From an uncultured Rhodospirillaceae bacterium (lineage in GTDB: Bacteria > Pseudomonadota > Alphaproteobacteria > UBA8366), in the NCBI GenBank assembly GCA_913043025.1, contig CAJWLM010000004.1:3462-67461 (forward strand): DNA of 64,000 bases. Direction: 5' to 3'. A model generated the notes under the pieces. The model was not told where the DNA came from, made no database searches, and saw only the letters and a program-made list of their open reading frames with translations. This document shows positions 31,019 through 39,551 of this stretch, piece after piece (within the stretch, counting starts at the first letter, position 1; every line of letters starts with the position of its first letter). A program made the translations under genes and the position numbers.

Positions 31019-31567
31019 ATGATTTCAGAAGAAACTTCTCAACAACAGGCTGTCTATGATCCTCGCGGTATAGCTGAGGCGGATTTAGTACCACTGTCTG
31101 CACGACCAAAAACACTTCTAAATTTGAGACTTGCAGTGCTCGATAATACGAAATGGAATGCAGGAAAGCTTCTGCGTAAAACTATGTCAAAGCTCGACAA
31201 AGAATTCAGTTTTGAAAGTATTAATTATTACAAAAAGGAGAGTTTTTCTAAGGTCGCTTCTGCTGCATTACTAGCTGAGATTGTCGAACATAATGATATA
31301 GCAATTACTGCTATTGGCGATTGAGGCTCATGCACATCGTGCTGTATGCATGATGGGTTTGCGCTTGAAAAATATCGAATTCCCACGGCGGTAATCTGTA
31401 CAACCACATTTCTTCATGAAGCACACCAACAGCGTGCGGCATTAGGCATGAGGGATCTTAATCCAGTGGCTATTACACACCCTCTCAGCACGATCTCTGA
31501 TGAGGAAATCGAAATGCGCGTTGATGAGGCTACTGTGCAAATCCGAAAGGTGTTGATGGGAAAATAA
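31019..31567 (+). CDS. UGSC-motif selenoprotein (Sec encoded by the UGA at 31322-31324)
   Basis: ORFs 31019-31324 and 31346-31567 are in the same frame, separated only by TGA. Read-through gives AITAIGD-U-GSCTSCCMHDGF... A hairpin lies directly 3' of the UGA, and selA/selB/selC are 2-5 kb upstream. Confidence 0.75.
31328..31353 (+). promoter_or_regulatory. Candidate bacterial SECIS hairpin
   Basis: A perfect 7-bp inverted repeat, TCATGCA (31328-31334) and TGCATGA (31347-31353), with a 12-nt loop CATCGTGCTGTA that contains GU. It starts 4 nt after the UGA. Confidence 0.5.
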
Positions 31568-31652
31568 TTGTATTTTTAAGGTAGCATAACCACTCAACAA
31601 TCTTCATTGCCTGTCGCACTCTTCCTGAGTGGGTGTTTATCCTGCAATGCAG

Positions 31653-33152
31653 CTAGCTTCTTGTGCGCGTTGTTTGCCAAATCCGAATTCCGATGACGAG
31701 CGCAGCTAGAAATATGAAAAAGATTGCTAAAGGACGTTCAAGGAAAATCATCGGACCGTCATTATGGAGAAGCAAGGCTTGGCGTAATGCACGCTCAGCA
31801 CCAGGCCCCAGGATAAACGCGATAATAAATGCGGGTAAACTATAATCGAATTTCTTAAAAAAGTAACCAACGAAACCAAAGACCAACATCATCATCACGT
31901 CAAACATCTGGTTGCGCAGAGCATAAACCGCAACAATTGAAGTTAGAAAAATAAAGGGATAAATAACGCGCATTGGTAATTTGGCCATGGCTCGGCCTAT
32001 CAGACCTGATCCCCAGTACCCAATTACGTAGTAAGTCGCTATACAAAGTAATCCAGAAGCAAACAGACCATAGATCGTGTCCCTTTCCTCGACAAAAATG
32101 CGTGGCCCAATATGCATACCATGTATTAAAAATACTCCTCCTAGCAATGCGGCAGCGACACTTCCAGGTATTCCAAGTGTGAGAAGTGGTATGATGTTCG
32201 CACCCGAAACTGAATTGTTTGCAGCTTCTGCTGCGGCAACACCCTTAACTTCTCCGTCTCCCCATTTGTCACCAGGTGAGGCCGTTCGTCGTGCCTCGGC
32301 ATAAGCTACAAAACAAGCTGCTGATGCTCCAACACCAGGCAACATTCCGATGATCGTACCCATGCCTGTTGATTTTGCCATGACTGGTAAACACCGTTTC
32401 AGGTCTGACCATGTTACGTAATTATCGGCGGGTACGTCGGATTTCTCAGACATCATGCGCTCGGAACCTAATGAACCGCGGTCCGCAATTTGCACAAAGA
32501 CTTCTGAGGCAACAAATACTCCTAATAATACAGGGACTAGTCCTATTCCGGTTTCTAGCATGTTAATTTCAAAGGTTAGGCGCGGCAAAGAGCTTATCGG
32601 GTCAAGCCCAATGATTGACAACAAAATTCCAAAGACTGTGCTGATTAAACCCCGCATGATTGAGGCTCCTATCACACTGCCAATGATCACAAAAGCCGTG
32701 CAGTAAACCGCAAAAATTTCTGGTGGCCCCATTCGTGCGGTATAGACCGCGATGAAGGCAGCACCAAAAATTAGAAGACATTCGGAAAATGTATCGCCGG
32801 CAGCAGACGCTATAACTGCCATTTTTAGAGCTTTGCCTTGTTTTCCTTGCCTGGTGAGAGGATATCCTTCGATCTGAGTTGCGGACGCTTGAGGAGTGCC
32901 AGGGGTGTTGAATAGGATTGCTGGAATTGAGCCACCGAAGCTCGCAGATTTTCCGATAGTGTATACAAAAACCAGGGCGGAAAGTGGCTCCAGATAAAAC
33001 GACAAGGGTATAATCATAGAAATTGCAGCTGACGCAGTGAGGCCAGGGGTTGCACCAGCTAGTAGGCCAATGGTGGTGCCGAGGATTGCATAAAAAACTG
33101 CCCAGCCACTGGAAAACAACGAAATAAAACCGTCGACAATGGGATGGTCCAT
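31653..33152 (-). CDS. tctA: Tripartite tricarboxylate transporter large permease
   Basis: A 499-aa polytopic protein with TctA-type blocks (GLLAGATPGLTASAAISMIIPLSF, GMLPGVGASAA). Confidence 0.85.
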   Translation of the reverse strand: MDHPIVDGFISLFSSGWAVFYAILGTTIGLLAGATPGLTASAAISMIIPLSFYLEPLSALVFVYTIGKSASFGGSIPAILFNTPGTPQASATQIEGYPLTRQGKQGKALKMAVIASAAGDTFSECLLIFGAAFIAVYTARMGPPEIFAVYCTAFVIIGSVIGASIMRGLISTVFGILLSIIGLDPISSLPRLTFEINMLETGIGLVPVLLGVFVASEVFVQIADRGSLGSERMMSEKSDVPADNYVTWSDLKRCLPVMAKSTGMGTIIGMLPGVGASAACFVAYAEARRTASPGDKWGDGEVKGVAAAEAANNSVSGANIIPLLTLGIPGSVAAALLGGVFLIHGMHIGPRIFVEERDTIYGLFASGLLCIATYYVIGYWGSGLIGRAMAKLPMRVIYPFIFLTSIVAVYALRNQMFDVMMMLVFGFVGYFFKKFDYSLPAFIIAFILGPGAERALRQALLLHNDGPMIFLERPLAIFFIFLAALVIGIRIWQTTRTRS

Positions 33153-33167
33153 ATTGATCTCCGTCCG

Positions 33168-33728
33168 TCAAATGCCAATCAATTTTCGTAGAGTTCCGAA
33201 AATATAATAATTATCGAATTCAAATATCAGTCCGCGTGGCTCAGATAGTCGTAAAATGCCAAAGAAAATGATATAATAAAAGGTCATTGAAATGGTTGGA
33301 ATTACAAACAACATTCGTGTACCACGATTGCCAAAGAGTGCTAGGGTTGAAGACAGGCAAATAATCGATGGAACCAGATACTGGATCAACGTCATAAGTC
33401 CCACATATAAAAATGCAATGGTGGCCATCGGTATTACCCAGACAACGAAAAGATGAAGCTCGGATGGTAGGTTGCAAATTAGCCGACCAAATAGGGTGAA
33501 TGGCATTGTGGCGTCTTTCTCCTTTTTTCCTTTGTGCATTGAAAAAAAGGAGGACAAAACAAAGCTGGCGCAGAGTGCAACAAGAACAATGCCAACTGAT
33601 AGCGGAAACGTATCAGGGTCCATGCCATGACCAAATGGGTCCTCTTCGATTAAAAAAATTTGCCAAAAAAACACGAGAGTGACGCTAAGCATCACAATAC
33701 TCGAAATAAAGTTACTGCGAGCTGACAT
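33168..33728 (-). CDS. tctB: Tripartite tricarboxylate transporter small membrane subunit
   Basis: A 186-aa protein with 4-5 TM helices, lying between tctC and tctA. Confidence 0.6.
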   Translation of the reverse strand: MSARSNFISSIVMLSVTLVFFWQIFLIEEDPFGHGMDPDTFPLSVGIVLVALCASFVLSSFFSMHKGKKEKDATMPFTLFGRLICNLPSELHLFVVWVIPMATIAFLYVGLMTLIQYLVPSIICLSSTLALFGNRGTRMLFVIPTISMTFYYIIFFGILRLSEPRGLIFEFDNYYIFGTLRKLIGI

Positions 33729-33816
33729 GCTACACCTTGCCGGAAGTCAAAAAAATTGATGAAGTTAGGGTTAGAGTTCTTACAGATACCCCCAACTACA
33801 CGGAACTTGTTTCCAA

Positions 33817-34788
33817 TTATTTTTTCTTTTTGCGTGCTGCTTTCAACTCGTCCACAAGTGGCTTCCAACCCTCAGCAAGACCCTTGTAATATTCGGCTGT
33901 TGAAGGACCTGATTGGTATTTAGCCGGCAAACCTGCCTTCTTGAGAAGCTTTCCATACGCTTTATGGCTCGTCATATTTTTGCAAGCGGTATCAAGTGAC
34001 GAAATAATACTGTTAGGAACGTCCTTTGGAGCCATAATTATCATCGGCGTGAACACTTCGAGGAGGTTAAGCCCCTGTTCTTTGACCGAAGGAATTTTTT
34101 TGTTATTAGGATCACGCTCAGGGTAAATCAGACCGAGAGCACGCACCTGATCTTGAAAGCCATTTATTAGGTGAACACCAATAACAGAAAAATCAACTTG
34201 TTTGCCTATTAAAAGACCGCGTGCCGGCGCTCCACCTTTTGCGGGCACATCAACCGCATTCATATTGTTTCTTTTAGTAAAAGCAAGTCCGGCAATACCC
34301 CAAGTTGTGGTTCGACCCGGAGTTGAATATCTTAATTTACCCGGATTGGCTTTGACATGGTCGACTAACTCTTTAGCGGTTTTAAATTTACTGCTTTGGT
34401 GAACGAATAAGGCAGGTAAAAGGCGTCCCACCATGCACACGATTTTGAAATCCTTAAATGGATCAACTGGCGCCTTGCGAAACTGCGTAGAAAAATAAAA
34501 TGAGCCGCCAGAAGCAAGATAAAGGGTATGGCCATCCGGTGTAGAATCAGCAACATATTTTGCAGCAGGGATAGCTGATCCACCAGGTTTATTGACAACA
34601 ATAAGTGGTTGGTTGTTTATAAAGGTGGGAGCAACAGAAGCGAGCGCACGAGCGTATGAGTCTGTTCCACCGCCTGCACCAAACCCGACAACAAGAGTTA
34701 TGGGTTTCTCGGGGAACACCGCGAGAGCTGGAACAGCTACGGAGGCTATAGCAAAAGCGCTAGCTGCTAGAAATGTTTTGAATTTCAT
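33817..34788 (-). CDS. tctC: Tripartite tricarboxylate transporter substrate-binding protein (Bug family)
   Basis: Signal peptide then FPEKPITLVVGFGAGGGTDSYARAL, typical of Bug/TctC proteins. Confidence 0.85.
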   Translation of the reverse strand: MKFKTFLAASAFAIASVAVPALAVFPEKPITLVVGFGAGGGTDSYARALASVAPTFINNQPLIVVNKPGGSAIPAAKYVADSTPDGHTLYLASGGSFYFSTQFRKAPVDPFKDFKIVCMVGRLLPALFVHQSSKFKTAKELVDHVKANPGKLRYSTPGRTTTWGIAGLAFTKRNNMNAVDVPAKGGAPARGLLIGKQVDFSVIGVHLINGFQDQVRALGLIYPERDPNNKKIPSVKEQGLNLLEVFTPMIIMAPKDVPNSIISSLDTACKNMTSHKAYGKLLKKAGLPAKYQSGPSTAEYYKGLAEGWKPLVDELKAARKKKK

Positions 34789-34991
34789 AATGTTCTCCCT
34801 GTACGTTAAAAAAATTAACTACATCGTTATTATTTTAGTATTATCATTTTCATTTCTTTCGATCATAGCACAACAACCTGCCAGTTTTCTAGTAGGGGCT
34901 TCTGCTATGATAAGCCCGATAATTAAAGTGGAATGTATATTGCCCGAGCACTTATCCATTTAACAAATAGCCAGCCATGAGAGGATCGGTC

Positions 34992-35894
34992 ATGACAATA
35001 GAAACAGTAGCAGTTTTAAGCCCTGGTGACATGGGGCATAATTACGGCATTGCGCTCGACAAAGCAGGATTTCGTATCATTACTTGCCTCGATGGGCGAA
35101 GCGAACGCACTAAAGAGCTGGCGCTGAAGGCCAATTTTGAGGATGTGGGCAGTATTGATGATGTGGTTCGCGAGGGCGATTTGATTTTATCTATAATGCC
35201 ACCAGCCAATTCGGAAGGTATTGCGAAAGAAATAGCTAAAGCAATGGAAAGCACAGGATCCAAACCGCACTTTGCAGATTGCAATGCTATATCGCCGAAA
35301 ACCTCCAAGATTGTCGGCACGCATATTATCGGCGCTGGAGCTAATTATATTGATGCTGGAATTGTTGGTCCTGGGCCTGGTACTCGCGAGCGGCCAACTA
35401 GCATGTATGTGAGTGGCCCTAATAGCAAGCCAGTGATGGACATTAATGGTCCACATATCGAAGTTATAGATCTTGGTGCTGAGATCGGGAAAGCGTCAGC
35501 TGCAAAGATGTGTTACGCGGCTATTACCAAAGGAAGTTGGACACTCTATACGACAGCGCTCGTAGCTGCGGAAGCGCTCGGCGTTTCAGAACAGCTTCAT
35601 AGCGCCCTCAAACAGAGCCGTCCAAGTATTTGGGCTGATATCGAAAAGATGTTGCCTCGGTTGCCGCTCGATGCGGGCCGGTGGATTGGTGAAATGGAGG
35701 AAATAGCTGAAACTATGGGAGCAGCTGGAGCGTCATCACACTTCCACCGCGGTGCAGCTGAAACGATGGAGCTTCTTGATTCTACACCAATTGCCAAAGA
35801 AACAAGAGAAAATTATGACAAAGATCGAACTTTGCAGCAATGCCTTGGAATATTTGCAGAACATTTGCCAGTAAAAAGTGCGAGCAAAAACTAA
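34992..35894 (+). CDS. NAD(P)-binding oxidoreductase with DUF1932-type C-terminal domain
   Basis: N-terminal dinucleotide fold VAVLSPGDMGHNYG. 6-PGDH-like layout with ASAAKMCYAAITKG. The ORF is open from 34977. Confidence 0.6.
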   Translation: MTIETVAVLSPGDMGHNYGIALDKAGFRIITCLDGRSERTKELALKANFEDVGSIDDVVREGDLILSIMPPANSEGIAKEIAKAMESTGSKPHFADCNAISPKTSKIVGTHIIGAGANYIDAGIVGPGPGTRERPTSMYVSGPNSKPVMDINGPHIEVIDLGAEIGKASAAKMCYAAITKGSWTLYTTALVAAEALGVSEQLHSALKQSRPSIWADIEKMLPRLPLDAGRWIGEMEEIAETMGAAGASSHFHRGAAETMELLDSTPIAKETRENYDKDRTLQQCLGIFAEHLPVKSASKN

Positions 35895-35989
35895 GAAATA
35901 CTATTGTCTGCAAAGGATAGATATCAATATAGCAACGTGGCCTGTTGCAGAGGGCCTCTTATCTCACCGAGTATAATAGAGGGTGTTGC

Positions 35990-36904
35990 ATGTGTAATTG
36001 GGAAGAGGCAAGGGCATTAGAGGAAGAATTATTAACCAACTGTGAGCTGCGGAAAACAGCTTGCGGAGATGGGCACATGGTTTGGCGCATTTGGGGTAGT
36101 GGCCCCCCCTTAGTAATGCTTCACGGAGGGGCTGGTTCATGGCGGCATTGGGCCCTGAATATTCGCAGTTTGGCACGGTACTTTACGCTCTTAGTCGCCG
36201 ACTTGCCCGGGTTGGGAGACTCCGCTGAGCCGCCAATACCTTTCGATAATAATAATTTTCGTTCTTCAATAGGGCATTTAGCTAATATTATTTGTGACGG
36301 CATTGATGAATTGATTGGAGAAAAAGCGCATTTTAAAATATTGGCTTTTTCTTTTGGAGCAATAAATAGCGGATACGTGGCATTGCGTATGGGATCACGC
36401 GTTCAGCACCTGACTCTTGTTGGTGCAGGAGCGATGGGATGCACCTGGAGTGGCTTGCCTGCTGAGCCTAAATCATTAAGGGGGACAAAGACCGAGAAAG
36501 AACGGCGGGAAGTGCACCGTCATAACCTCGGCATATTAATGATTGGAAATCCAAATAATATCGATGACAGAGCAGTTTACCTCCAGTCAGAAAACATTTC
36601 CCGAGCAAGGCTACGCAGTTACCGCATAGCGGGAACTGACACGCTCCGTTGGGCACTTGAGCAGGTTAACAGCCCCATAAGTGGTATTTGGGGGCGGGGC
36701 GATGTCTACGCCATGCCGGATCTGGAAGGGCGGATCGATGTGATAAAAGGGATATTCAATGGCGCTGACTGCCGGGTCATTGAGGGGGCTGGTCATTGGG
36801 TTATGTACGAGGCGGCCGATACTTTTAATCAGGTTGGGTTGGAACAATTAGGCGCAATTGTGCAAAAGGGCGAGAGGGAAATTGGGCAAGCAAATGCAAG
36901 CTGA
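35990..36904 (+). CDS. Alpha/beta hydrolase, tandem paralog 1
   Basis: Oxyanion/helix block HGGAGSWRHWALNI, nucleophile elbow AFSFGA, Asp in IWGRGD, His in GAGHWVMYEA. The ATG at 35990 follows AGAGGG; the ORF is open from 35945. Confidence 0.75.
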   Translation: MCNWEEARALEEELLTNCELRKTACGDGHMVWRIWGSGPPLVMLHGGAGSWRHWALNIRSLARYFTLLVADLPGLGDSAEPPIPFDNNNFRSSIGHLANIICDGIDELIGEKAHFKILAFSFGAINSGYVALRMGSRVQHLTLVGAGAMGCTWSGLPAEPKSLRGTKTEKERREVHRHNLGILMIGNPNNIDDRAVYLQSENISRARLRSYRIAGTDTLRWALEQVNSPISGIWGRGDVYAMPDLEGRIDVIKGIFNGADCRVIEGAGHWVMYEAADTFNQVGLEQLGAIVQKGEREIGQANAS

Positions 36905-37727
36905 CGAATATATCACGGAAATTGAGTCATTGTCGGATGTAAAGACTTCGCATTGCGGTGGAGGGGAAATGGTCTGGCATGTTTGGGGTGAAGGCGAGCC
37001 TTTGATATTATTTCATGGCGGGTTTGGAAGCTGGATGCATTGGATTAAAAATATCGAATTTCTCGCTCGCCATTTTCAGGTATGGTGTCCTGATATTCCA
37101 TGCCACGGAGATTCTTCCGTGGCCCCTGAGCCACATGACGCATCAAACATAAGCAAGATCATCTCTGATGGCATAGATCAGGTTCTGCCAAATTTTGAAA
37201 AGCTTCGAATGTGCGGGTTTTCATTTGGGGGAATTATGGCCGGCAATACAGCAGTATGGCAGGGCGAACGCGTACACAAATTACTAATAGTGGGGTCGAA
37301 TGGCCTTGACTGCAGAAAAGGACCTGTTTCCGGTTTACAGGATTGGCGTAAATCAAATACCACAAAAGAACGTCTTGCTTGCCATCAACGTAATCTCGAG
37401 ATTATTATGTTTGGAAATCCACAAAATGTCGACGATTTGGCAATCTACCTCCAAGATAGGAATACTCGGCGATCCCGAATGAAGTCTCGTCATATTGCGA
37501 GCACGCCGGCGCTGCTCAATGCGTTACCGAAGTTGAAGGGCAGTTTATTTGGCATCTGGGGCGAAAAGGATGTCTACGCTAAAGATTTCATGGATGAACG
37601 TCGCAAGGTGTTTGAACGGATACAACCTGGCTGTGAATTTGAAGTTATTCCTGAGGCTGGTCATTGGGTGCCTTATGAAGCAGCTACACAATTCAATTTG
37701 TTAGCACTGGAAATGTTAAGGGATTAA
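36894..37727 (+). CDS. Alpha/beta hydrolase, tandem paralog 2
   Basis: HGGFGSWMHWIKNI, GFSFGG, IWGEKD, EAGHWVPYEA. The start is uncertain: ATG at 36894 or TTG at 36858, both overlapping the end of paralog 1. Confidence 0.75.
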   Translation: MQADEYITEIESLSDVKTSHCGGGEMVWHVWGEGEPLILFHGGFGSWMHWIKNIEFLARHFQVWCPDIPCHGDSSVAPEPHDASNISKIISDGIDQVLPNFEKLRMCGFSFGGIMAGNTAVWQGERVHKLLIVGSNGLDCRKGPVSGLQDWRKSNTTKERLACHQRNLEIIMFGNPQNVDDLAIYLQDRNTRRSRMKSRHIASTPALLNALPKLKGSLFGIWGEKDVYAKDFMDERRKVFERIQPGCEFEVIPEAGHWVPYEAATQFNLLALEMLRD

Positions 37728-37733
37728 GCTTGC

Positions 37734-38630
37734 ATGCTATTGGGAAAACAACGAGAGGCTCTCAAAGGAGGTGCTCCCCGGCATGGCGAAACGCCGGCGG
37801 ATTGTGTTGCTCGGTTTGATACTTCAGCAGAGATCTTAAATACTCCTTGCGGTGATGGAAGTTTGGTGTGGAGAAAATGGGGTGATGGCGAGCCGGTGCT
37901 TTTTTTTCATGGCAATCACGGCTCCTGGACGCACTGGATCCGGAATATCAGCGTTGTAGCTGAAAAATACTCCGTTTTTTGCGCGGACTCTCCCGGGCTT
38001 GGGGATTCCTCCCTGCCTCCATCCCCTTACAGCCTGGAGTGTATAATAGATGCATTCGAAATTGGCATTAAGGATTTAATTACCGAAAAAGTACCGATTC
38101 ATTTCGTTGGATTTTCCTATGGAAGCGCCATTGCTGCTAATACAGCGCTTCGATTCAAACAGCGTGTGAAATCATTGACAATGTGTGCATCTGCGCGATT
38201 GACAGCAACTGCAGATATTCCGCGTGTCATGAAAAGCTGGCGCCGCGCATCAACAGATGAAGATAGGTGGGAAGCACATAGACACAATCTTGCTGAGATG
38301 ATGATCGCAAAGCCAGAGTGTATTGACGATCTAGCTGTTTACCTTCAAAGTCAAAATGCGCCACGCGCCCGCATACGTACGAAGGAATTTATTCCTCGTG
38401 ATAGTTTGATAAATGCGCTTATTGGGTTGAGAGGGGTGCCTATACTAAATATCTGGGGCACAGAAGATGGTTTCTTCAGGGCATTCCTTGAAAGCAAAAC
38501 AGAACTTATTGACGGAAACAATATCGAGCTTGATGTAAAAACCATAGCCAATGTGTCCCACTGGTCACCTTATGAGGCATACACAACTGTCAATGAATGG
38601 TTAATAGAATGGTTTCAGGCACATGATTAG
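37734..38630 (+). CDS. Alpha/beta hydrolase, tandem paralog 3
   Basis: HGNHGSWTHWIRNI, GFSYGS, IWGTED, NVSHWSPYEA. Its N-terminal block ETPADCVARF is shared with paralog 4. Confidence 0.75.
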   Translation: MLLGKQREALKGGAPRHGETPADCVARFDTSAEILNTPCGDGSLVWRKWGDGEPVLFFHGNHGSWTHWIRNISVVAEKYSVFCADSPGLGDSSLPPSPYSLECIIDAFEIGIKDLITEKVPIHFVGFSYGSAIAANTALRFKQRVKSLTMCASARLTATADIPRVMKSWRRASTDEDRWEAHRHNLAEMMIAKPECIDDLAVYLQSQNAPRARIRTKEFIPRDSLINALIGLRGVPILNIWGTEDGFFRAFLESKTELIDGNNIELDVKTIANVSHWSPYEAYTTVNEWLIEWFQAHD

Positions 38631-38644
38631 ATTTGGTAATACCA

Positions 38645-39526
38645 ATGGAAAATGAAGTTCTTGGTGGTGGCTTTCCGCGCAACGATGAAACACCAGAGGA
38701 GTGTGTGGCTCGTTTTGAGAATGCGGCTGAGATTGCTTATACACCATGTGGCGATGGCCATGTGATATGGCATATTTGGGGAGATGGCGATCCTTTATTG
38801 CTATTGCATGGCAATCATGGAAGCTGGACTCACTGGATCAAAAATATACCATTTCTCTCCGAGCAATATCGAATTCTTGTTCCGGATGCCCCTGGGTTGG
38901 GGGACTCCTCGGTGCCGCCAGAACCTCATTCAATGGATGGGATGGCTTCTATCATGAACTCAGGTCTGGATAACTTAATAGGGAGCAAAACACGATGCCA
39001 TATGGCGGGTTTCTCCTATGGCAGTACACTGGGTGGTTACATGGCAATAGGTTTGGGCGCTCGTCTCAAGACATTCGCCATGATAGGAGCGGCTCGATTG
39101 ACTGGCCAACGAACTATGGTAGAGGGCTTAATCAATTGGAAACGTTTGGAAGATCCAGAAGAGATCATTGAAGCGCATCGACACAACCTAGGCCGAGTCA
39201 TGTTTAGCGGGCCGAGAGTAGTCGACGACCTCGCTCTTTATACTCAGGCCAAAAATGCGCCGCGAGCCAGAGTGAAGGCCCACCATTTTGCCCGTCGCCT
39301 AACCCTGCCAGATGCGTTGGTTAAATCGGCGACACAAATTTGTGCTTATTGGGGCACAGCAGATCAGTATTACCCCCATTATATTCAATCATACGACGAG
39401 CAAATTACTGCCCGAGGTCTTAAAATAAAAACTGAAATCATCGAGGGTGCTGGTCATTGGGCAATTTATGAGGCATCAAACGAAATGAACGAAAAGATGC
39501 TCAAATTCATGACATCACATGATTAA
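38645..39526 (+). CDS. Alpha/beta hydrolase, tandem paralog 4
   Basis: HGNHGSWTHWIKNI, GFSYGS, YWGTAD, GAGHWAIYEA. ATG at 38645; the ORF is open from 38633. Confidence 0.75.
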   Translation: MENEVLGGGFPRNDETPEECVARFENAAEIAYTPCGDGHVIWHIWGDGDPLLLLHGNHGSWTHWIKNIPFLSEQYRILVPDAPGLGDSSVPPEPHSMDGMASIMNSGLDNLIGSKTRCHMAGFSYGSTLGGYMAIGLGARLKTFAMIGAARLTGQRTMVEGLINWKRLEDPEEIIEAHRHNLGRVMFSGPRVVDDLALYTQAKNAPRARVKAHHFARRLTLPDALVKSATQICAYWGTADQYYPHYIQSYDEQITARGLKIKTEIIEGAGHWAIYEASNEMNEKMLKFMTSHD

Positions 39527-39551
39527 AGCTGTTTTCAAATTGTTGTAGCAT

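Noticed and set aside
29132-31567. The region downstream of tRNA-Sec could be an integrated genomic island.
   Set aside because: There is no integrase, and I saw no copy of the tRNA 3' end serving as an att repeat. The genes are functionally tied to the sel genes. The same check around tRNA-Thr (51119-51193) was also negative.
36858-36904. An apparent 47-nt overlap between hydrolase paralogs 1 and 2.
   Set aside because: It is probably an artefact of using the longest ORF (TTG at 36858). An ATG at 36894 gives an 11-nt overlap and aligns better with the N-termini of the paralogs. The start remains uncertain.
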